Of a stretch of DNA of 64,000 nt, positions 56,191 through 64,000 are shown in pieces. The notes beneath the pieces were generated by a model. It searched no databases and had not been told where the DNA came from. It saw only the letters and a list, made by a program, of their open reading frames with translations. The stretch's first letter is position 1. Every line of letters begins with the position of its first letter. The translations under genes and the position numbers were made by a program. This DNA is from Octopus sinensis (taxonomy: Eukaryota). Location: assembly GCF_006345805.1 (NCBI RefSeq), contig NC_043020.1, positions 18,724,001 to 18,788,000 of the forward strand, written 5' to 3'.

Positions 56191-56345
56191 CGACGGGCTT
56201 CTTTCAGTTTCCGTATACGAAACCCACTCACAAGGTCTTGGTCGGTCCGAGGCTATAGTAAAAGACACTTGCCCAACATTCAAACGCAGTGGGACTGAAC
56301 CCCGAACCATGTGGTTAGGAAGCAAGCTTGTTACCGCATAGCAAC
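55850..56345 (-). mobile_element. SINE family A remnant split by a 130-bp insert in its microsatellite
   Basis: Tail piece 55850-55915, head 56180-56345. The insert 55995-56125 resembles the reverse complement of 38075-38115. Confidence 0.65.
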
Positions 56346-58562
56346 GTCTTACATATCTGTCTGTATCATTGTGTTTGTGTTTGTCCCCACCACTGCTTGA
56401 TAACCAGCGTTGGTTTGTTCGCGTACCTGTAACTTCGTGATTCGGTTTAAGAGCTCAAAAGGAACCTTGAAGGCGCTACTCCATCATGGTCGCAATCCAA
56501 TACCTGAAACAATAAAAGATAAAAAAGATAAACGATAGATATATGCATAACTGACATTCAAATAGCTAGACTGATAAAGAAATTAGAATTTTGGTCAAGT
56601 TTGACCTAAACGTTTACTAGTTTCAGTGAATAAAACAAAAGACAAACAAAACAGAAGTAAAGAAACTATTGCTAATCCATCACACAAGTGTAAGTTTAGT
56701 TTTGGGAGCTGAAATAGTATATTACTGATACGAACGGGGATGTACATGAACGGCAAACCATGTTGGCTATTGCTGAGGACTAAACTCGTGGAATAAGAAT
56801 CGGACGTTCAGTCGAAAACACCCCATTTTTATGTTCTGTAGCCCAGATCTGATCAAACAGATCTATAAGCATCAAAGGGTTCCAATGATGACCATCACAT
56901 TTCTTTTTTTAAAATAAGCAACAATAACAAACTCTTATTATTTCTCACGATAACCTCAGGCAAATGATGTTGTCAAATGCAGAGTCCGGCAAAAAGAAAA
57001 AAAGAAAATAAACCCGATTTCCTTTTCATGATAAACGTTTCAACAGCGAACACCTTGAGCAAGCGACTTTTGCTATAACACCGGGACGACCAAAGACATA
57101 AGTGGGTTTGGTTGACGGAAACTATAAGAAGACCGTCGTATGTTTGTATGTATGTATGTATATATGTGCATATATTATGTGTGTGTATGTGTGTGTGTGT
57201 GTGTGTGTGTGTAAATATCTAGCAGTGAGAATGAGTGCTCAACGCTACATTGGTGGATAAAGATTCTTTGTGTGTGGATTAAGGCTACCATTGCTTTCAT
57301 AACACTAAAATGGAGATGAACTCCGGTGTTCCATGTGATAGGCTAGATAATTGCTGAAGGCTTTCTTAACATGAAACCAACGGTATCCTTAATCCACTAA
57401 TACATAACATACATACATACATACATACATACATACATACATACATACATACATACATACACACACACATACATACATACAAACACATAAACACACACAC
57501 ACATATAGATAATATAATATGGGACAATTATTTGATAGACAATGCTTACTATTTTTTGCAGAATATCTAAAACTCTAATAATAGAATATGTATTTTTCAA
57601 TTAAAGTTTGCAAGGATGTACTTTACAAATGAATTGATTAGAAAAACATTCAGGTAATTAACGGCATGATTAACACCCAGCGGATAACTCATTAATTACG
57701 AAAGTCATCAATCTCACTCAATCATTAAATCATGGCAATTTTACTTTATAACAATAATGGAAACTGAAGTTCAACTAAAATTGAGTGCGTGAGTGTGTCT
57801 TTGGGTTTAGGTTTGTTTCCCCAGCCACTTGTCAATCGGTGTTTGTTTATTTACTTCTCTATGAGCAAACGGTTCAGCAAAAGAGACGGGTAGAAGTATT
57901 AGACTTCGAAAATATGTACCGAGGTCGAATCGTTCGACTAAAACCATTTAAGGCGATGCCCCAGCATGGCCGCTGTCCAATGACTGAAACATGTAAAAGA
58001 TAAAAGATACATATACATGCTGTTACCACATTCACTAGTGTCATACCAATGGCCGTAGGAAATACCGGGAAGATTCTTTTTCCATCGCAACGTGATTGAT
58101 ATTCCAAAGATTTTTAATAATTTCTGCTTCCAAAAATCACACTCCTGCACTTTACAATGGGAGGATCAGCAACGGGTCAGAGGTGAATATTAAAGTCTCT
58201 CATAAAACCAGTTCAAAAATGGAATAAATTAGAATGCTATGAGGAAGGGCAACTGTTCAACGAATGATTCGTTATCTATTTGACTTCATGATGCGCTAGA
58301 GACCAAACCCCCAACCACCCCAAAAAATGAAAAAGAAAAAAAAAAAGGAAAAATACGAGAAAAATATTTAGTAGTACAATTTTCAAGGGAAGTGTTTTAA
58401 AATATGATCTTATAATTATGATTTAGAAAAAGTCTACAGAATTATTTATTCTTCAACTTGTTTCAGTCTTCGAATAATGGCCAAGTTGGGGTACCAAGAG
58501 TTCAATCAAATGAGTCCTTTTTCAATTCTCATTTTTTTAAAGCCTGGTACTTATTCTTTACT

Positions 58563-58869
58563 GGAGGCACATGACCTAGTGGTTAGAACTGCGGACTCGC
58601 GGTTGAGGGATCGCGGGTTCGAATCTCAGACCGGGTGATTTGTATGTTTATGAGCGAAACACCTACGCTCCACGCGGCTCCGGCACAAGGTAATGGCGAA
58701 CTTTTGCTGCCTCTTTCGCCACAACTTACTCTCTTTCTTTTCTCTTACATCTTGCAGCTCACCTGCGACGGACTGGCGTCCCGTCCAGGAGGGGGAAATC
58801 GAGAAACCGGTCAGGGAAACCGAGAAACCGGCCCTAATGTGCCAGGCGTGGCTCGAGAAGGAAACAAAA
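58563..58869 (+). mobile_element. tRNA SINE family E with V-domain-like 3' part, inserted in a family A tail
   Basis: GGAGGCACATGACCTAGTGGTTAG head; CTGCGACGGACTGGCGTCCCGTCCAGG motif; TSD ACTTATTCTTT(C)ACT (58549-58562 / 58870-58884). Confidence 0.85.
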
Positions 58870-59264
58870 ACTTATTCTTTCACTCTCCTTTGCGGAACCA
58901 CTGAATTAGGGGAACGTAAAAAAGCCAACACAAGTCATCAAGCGGTGGTGGAGGACAAACATGGACAGAAACACACATCCACAAACACACATACATTTAT
59001 GTATGTGTGCGCTTTTTAACTGCAAAATATACAAGTTAAAAAAGAGTAATAATACAGGTCAGTGCTTAGTACTTTTACTTGATATTTCAGGAAATCTTCT
59101 ATAGAAGACGGACGTTTTCAGTTTCCGTCTACCAAATTCATTCACAATGTAAGCCCCAAAAGTGAGAAACTGTCTAGGTTATTTGAGTATGACTATAAAA
59201 GTATATCTATATCTATATCTATATTATGTATATAATATTTATATATATATATATATATATATAT

Positions 59265-59304
<40 letters not shown>

Positions 59305-59306
<2 letters not shown>

Positions 59307-59585
59307 CAAATGAGTTGAATGAGACATGCTTATCTACATGGCCGAAACAGCTGTAAGATATAGTCTATATTTATATTTATGTGTATTATATTTATCTTAT
59401 TATACGTATTTACTTATTGTATAACATTACTATTTTAGTATACTCCTTCATGTACACTGTGTTTACCCTGCATTATATGTTTAACCTTATAATTTCTTAT
59501 GTAGTGGTTTAATAAAGTATGTGATGATAGTATTATTCGGTTAATTGATATTTGATTTCGATGTATTTCTCCATTTTATTATTTT
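59305..59585 (+). mobile_element. Penelope-like terminal fragment with half-decayed hammerhead, in (TA)n
   Basis: TGAATGAG-ACATG..CATGGCC-GAAAC-AGCT-GTA-AGA; the 3' half is identical to the 49481-49610 motif. Confidence 0.55.
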
Positions 59586-60329
59586 GTGTATATATATATA
59601 TATATATATATAGTATATATATATGTATATAATTATATTACGACGGGCCTCTTTTAGTTTTAGCTTGTGTATTGTCCTCAAAAGTTTGATTTTACTATCT
59701 CTGACCAAGGAATTTAATTTCGTTGTTTGATTTCCAGTTGAAATTTTACTTGTGCGGTGTATTTCGGAAAACTATTTTGCCTCTGTTCGAAATTGTGAAC
59801 CCTATTTATCATACAAGGGTACAGTTGAGTCATATATACTCTAGTGATCCAAAGCAAATAATAGTATCGTTGCTTATGTTGGGTTTACGTAGACTTAATT
59901 TGATATCTCTGCCTGCTCTTTACGTTCTTAGTTCATATTCCACCGAGGTAAACTTTGCCCTTCATTCTTTCGGTGTCGCTAAAAGATGATTATTAGCCTT
60001 GTACCTAAATAAGAATAAATTATTAAGCTAGATTCAAATCCCATTTGTCTAGGAGTTGATAAAATAGGCAAAAAAAAAAAAAAAAGATTAAAACACTCTG
60101 ATCCTTTTCTCGCTTTGTCATCGCCTGGAAAATCATTATTAAGGATATTCCGGAGAAATCAGTAGAACACCAGTTCTATGTGCCTCGCACTCTTGTATTT
60201 CGCCACATTATGTTATGCGATAATGTTCTTCCTTGTCAGGTACTAAATAAGTACCAGTCATACAATGATGCCATACAACGATCGCATGTTTGTCCCTCCC
60301 CTAACACTTGTATTCCTTAAGACAATCTA

Positions 60330-60720
60330 AGAAGTTATATATATGTATATGAGCAAAACGCCCCCACCCGTCCAATGGAAGGTACTGAGTTGTCAAATAT
60401 TTAAACCAAATTTTCTCAAAACAACTTATCCGACCGTCCCATACGCTTCCCCTTTGAGAAACACTGACTTAACCTAAATTTGAGATACCAGCAAAAGAAG
60501 AAATAAAAATAGACTTTTTTTCTATTCCAAAGAAAAACGGCTTTACCGATCGCATTCTCACCAGGAATCGATTTTTGTAATTTTTTCAGGACTTATACAC
60601 GCCCTGATATCGTCTGTATCTACATATCAAATTTTAGCGCAATCGGATGGAGGATGCCCGAGATCCTAGAAGGAACACATACAGACAGTCAGAACGGATT
60701 TTATATTATCTTGTTAAGAT
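60330..60720 (-). mobile_element. Helitron-like 5' portion (decayed)
   Basis: Minus strand A|TCTTAACAAGATAATATAAAATCCGTTCTGACTGTCTG...AAAATTTGATATG has the same 5' architecture as 53071-53583; no 3' end found. Confidence 0.4.
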
Positions 60721-60751
60721 CCCTTATTAAAGATTATCCTTAATTGTTAAA

Positions 60752-60790
<39 letters not shown>

Positions 60791-60821
60791 TATATTATAG
60801 ATATATATATTATATATATTA

Positions 60822-61030
60822 TATATAAAGGGCTTAGTTAAAATAAATTACTTTGCCACATACTGAACTCTACTATTTCTAATGAGTTCAGTATGTGGCA
60901 AAGTAATTTATTTTACTAAGCCCTTTTATATAATGTAATACTTTGAATTCGCCTTAAATGGTCCCTTACATACTGAATACTTGGTGAAATTGATTAATAA
61001 TTAATTAATTTTACCCTCAATTGCTGAAAT
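60822..61030. mobile_element. Foldback element in (TA)n
   Basis: About 47-bp near-perfect hairpin 60822-60870 / 60884-60931; the right end resembles the terminus of 39533-39904. Confidence 0.7.
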
Positions 61031-62327
61031 TATATATATATATATATAATATATATTATATATATATATAATATTATTATGTTCGACTACTTCCACCTCA
61101 CCCAAGTCTGGCTCTTTGTATTAATGACAACAACGTCGCCATAACTGATACTCCTTATTTTTCTACGTACAATCTTACAATGTGTGTTTTGATATTTCTG
61201 CAGAAAAAATGCTGTCGCTGTTGTTGTTGGTGTCATTATTGTTAATAATGTTGTTATAGATGTCGTTGTTGTCATTATTATTATTGCTCTTTCCACTGAA
61301 AGACAATACTTACTAGGGAAAATGTATAAGCAATATGTAAATATATTAAGGGATGCTTTGAAAAAAAATATTGCTTCAGATCAAAATAGAGCGCTTCGTT
61401 TATTGAGCGCTGGAAAATCATTGACGTTGACGCCATCTTAGATGCGCTAGGCAGAAACTATATTCCATGGACAAATGGCTCACCCCCAGGGTGTAATATA
61501 CGAAAATTATCAAGAAAATTGCCTATAATAGACCTCATCATTGTTTTGTTCTTCTAGTATAAACGTGTGTGTGTATGTGTGCGTGTGTATGTTTGTGTGC
61601 TTATGTCCATACATTTGTGTGTATATACGAATTTGCTGATGCGTATGTATGTGAAATACATACATAAATACACACACACACATGTGTGTGTATGTATGTG
61701 TGTATGTATGTATGTATGTATGTATTTCTGAATAAGCTTTCACGTATGTGTACGTTTGTGTATGTCGTTGACAAACATGTATTTCTACATGCATTTGTAT
61801 GGTGATCTATACACACCATGACGACTATTTATAAATGTGTGTGTAAGTATACATATATGTACGCGTATTTGTGCATAGGTAAGGATTTATGTCCGAATGA
61901 ATCTCACATACATTACATGAATCTCATGCATTTCTCATTAGGGTTTTGCGTATGCGTGCTTTGGTATATGCAATAGAATAATATATGTCTCTATGTTAGC
62001 TTAAGTGGTGAGGCGTATGATCACGCCAGACTGTAATAAGGATTTGGGGAGCGTGTGAATGTGTCAGTGGTTGTCCGCGGATACGAATATATATGTGTCG
62101 GTCCGTGTGTATGATTCTATGATGTGTGCGCGCGTGTGTGAGCGTGCGTGCGTGTACGTATGGTGTGTGTGTGTGTATGTATGTGTGTGTGTGTGTGTAT
62201 TTGTATGCACGTATACATGTATATAAATAGGATTATAGGAATGCATGAATTTGCGTATAAAATGAAATAGTGTTTGTGTTTGTTTGCTAGGCAGCTATAT
62301 GCACTTGCCTGACTAAATCTAGGTATT

Positions 62328-62391
<64 letters not shown>

Positions 62392-63231
62392 TATATATAT
62401 ATATATGCGTGTGCATGTAAAATGTGTGTATGCATGCGTATCTATGTGTATGTGGGTATCTGTTTCTGTGTGTTTGTGAGTGTATGTGTGTGTGCGCGTG
62501 TGCGTGCGTGTGCGTGCGTGTGTGTGTTTGGAAGAATGTGTATTTCTTAATAGGTTTGGTGTATGTGAGTTTGCGTGTGCATTTCGGAATGTGTTTGCAT
62601 GTATGTGTTTATATGACGAGTCATACGTACGACTAACTCTATGCGAGGACTAGCATTTGCGTGTATCTATGTATGTAAACTTGCATTCTTGTATTCTTGT
62701 ATACCTATAATATTCTTGTATTCTTGAATACCTATATTCTTGTATTCATGTATACATGTACACGTGTATACTTGCATATAAGTGTATAGGTTTAAGGTGT
62801 GTTCGTCAAATCTGTTTGCATACATGTATTCTTACATACCTAAACTCCAGTGTTCTTGAATACTTATATTCTTGTATCCGTGTATACTTGTACACGTGTA
62901 TATTTGCATATTAATGTGTGGATTTAAGGTGCGCGGTGTTTCAGGTATCATATGTCAAATCTAAGACCAACATCAGATATATGTTATGAGAGAAATGTTG
63001 TTTACTGACAGTTGCATCTTTGTATTACTTAGTAGAAAGGTAAAGTGATGCAGAGTTCAGTTGCTATTGACGGTGCAACCACAAAATAAAACCTGAAAAT
63101 CAACAGCTCAGTGGCTGAATCTCTTTCTCAACCCAATAAGGAAGCGAGCCGAGAGGTACGACTGAACTCATGGATAACGAAGAGCTGGATTTGTAGAGGT
63201 TAAGTCATTTTGCTTATCATAGGCGAATCTA

Positions 63232-63575
63232 TGGCCATATGGTTAAGAAGCTCGCTCTGCAAGCGCAAGGTTTCGGGTTTAGGTCCTTGCGCAAGTCTCT
63301 TCTTTTGTTGTAGTAACACCAGGACGACCAATGCCTTGTGAGAGAATTTGATAGACGGAAACTGCGTGGAAGCCCGTAGTCATGTGTATATTTCTTTCTT
63401 TGTGTGTGTGTGTGTGTGTGTCTGTGTGTGTGTGTGTGATGTGTGTGTGTGTGTGTGTGCGTCTGTGTGTGTGTGTGTGTGTGTGTCTTTGTGGCTCTGT
63501 TCCACCCACTGCTTGACAACCGGTGTTGGTTTGTTTACATTCTGTTAACTAAGCGGTTCAGCAAAAAGGACCAAG
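63232..63575 (+). mobile_element. SINE family A (diverged, 3'-truncated)
   Basis: GGCCATATGGTTAAGAAGCTCGC head, GACGGAAACTG, internal TG tract, CACTGCTTGACAACCGG. Confidence 0.75.
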
Positions 63576-64000
63576 TGACGTTGTTTGATGGAAACTGCAT
63601 GGAATCCCATCGTTTATATATATATATATATATAAGCATTTCCATCAGTACTACTATAATGAGCTAACAAGGGGTCCTTTTAATGTTCGGCTGACCTGCC
63701 ACCTATAGCAGCCAAATTTCTCTCAAATCATACTTTTCCGACTTAAAAATTAATGGAGAGAACTACATAAGTCCTGTCCTGGCCATACGATAAGACTATT
63801 CGATTTCAATTATAAGTCTGTTCAGCTGGAGTCTACCTCGGTCTAAACCTCTACAAAAACACTACAACCTAATTATAAAAATTCATTATTAAGTCCACCA
63901 ACGTCTATGGCGGTAATTTGGCACAGACGTCAAAGTGTCGGTTAAATATCTCTGCGGTTTTTAATTACAATTCTTAACAATCTGAATTCAAATCCTACTG

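Noticed and set aside
62690-62935. About 131-bp diverged tandem duplication and short TTCTTGTA repeats
   Set aside because: Ordinary local duplication in low-complexity DNA; nothing suggesting function.

Overview
Eukaryotic, AT-rich, extremely repeat-dense genomic DNA with no confidently identifiable host protein-coding gene; it looks like intronic or intergenic sequence. The SINE families and the (TA)n/(CA)n/(TATG)n/(TCTA)n density match my recollection of coleoid cephalopod (probably Octopus) genomes; this is inference, not a database result. Almost all ORF-track ORFs are microsatellite translation artefacts. The recognisable coding relics are all transposable-element derived: a near full-length DD34D mariner (665-1914), a maT-like transposase N-terminus (30650-31010), RTE (6355-6815), CR1 (23421-23853), R4/Dong-like RT (4225-4400) and a Penelope RT-thumb/GIY-YIG fragment (47885-48790). 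The window also holds about 25 copies or fragments of one tRNA/CORE-like SINE with an internal microsatellite, about 10 Nin/Deu-domain-like SINEs, further SINE families, non-autonomous Helitrons, and hAT, piggyBac and Merlin-like MITEs. The most notable unexplained structure is: (i) a dispersed set of Penelope-type minimal hammerhead ribozyme motifs, two with intact catalytic cores and unusually large stem II inserts (39044-39118 +, 49481-49610 -); (ii) asymmetric foldback elements found only inside (TA)n tracts; (iii) an 804-bp palindrome with an 8-bp TSD and telomere-like repeats; (iv) an inverted SINE pair enclosing a candidate 46-nt exon; (v) multi-layer nesting in which the SINE-internal microsatellite acts as a landing pad. 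Coordinates were read by eye; ends of degenerate repeats are approximate (about +/-10-20 bp).
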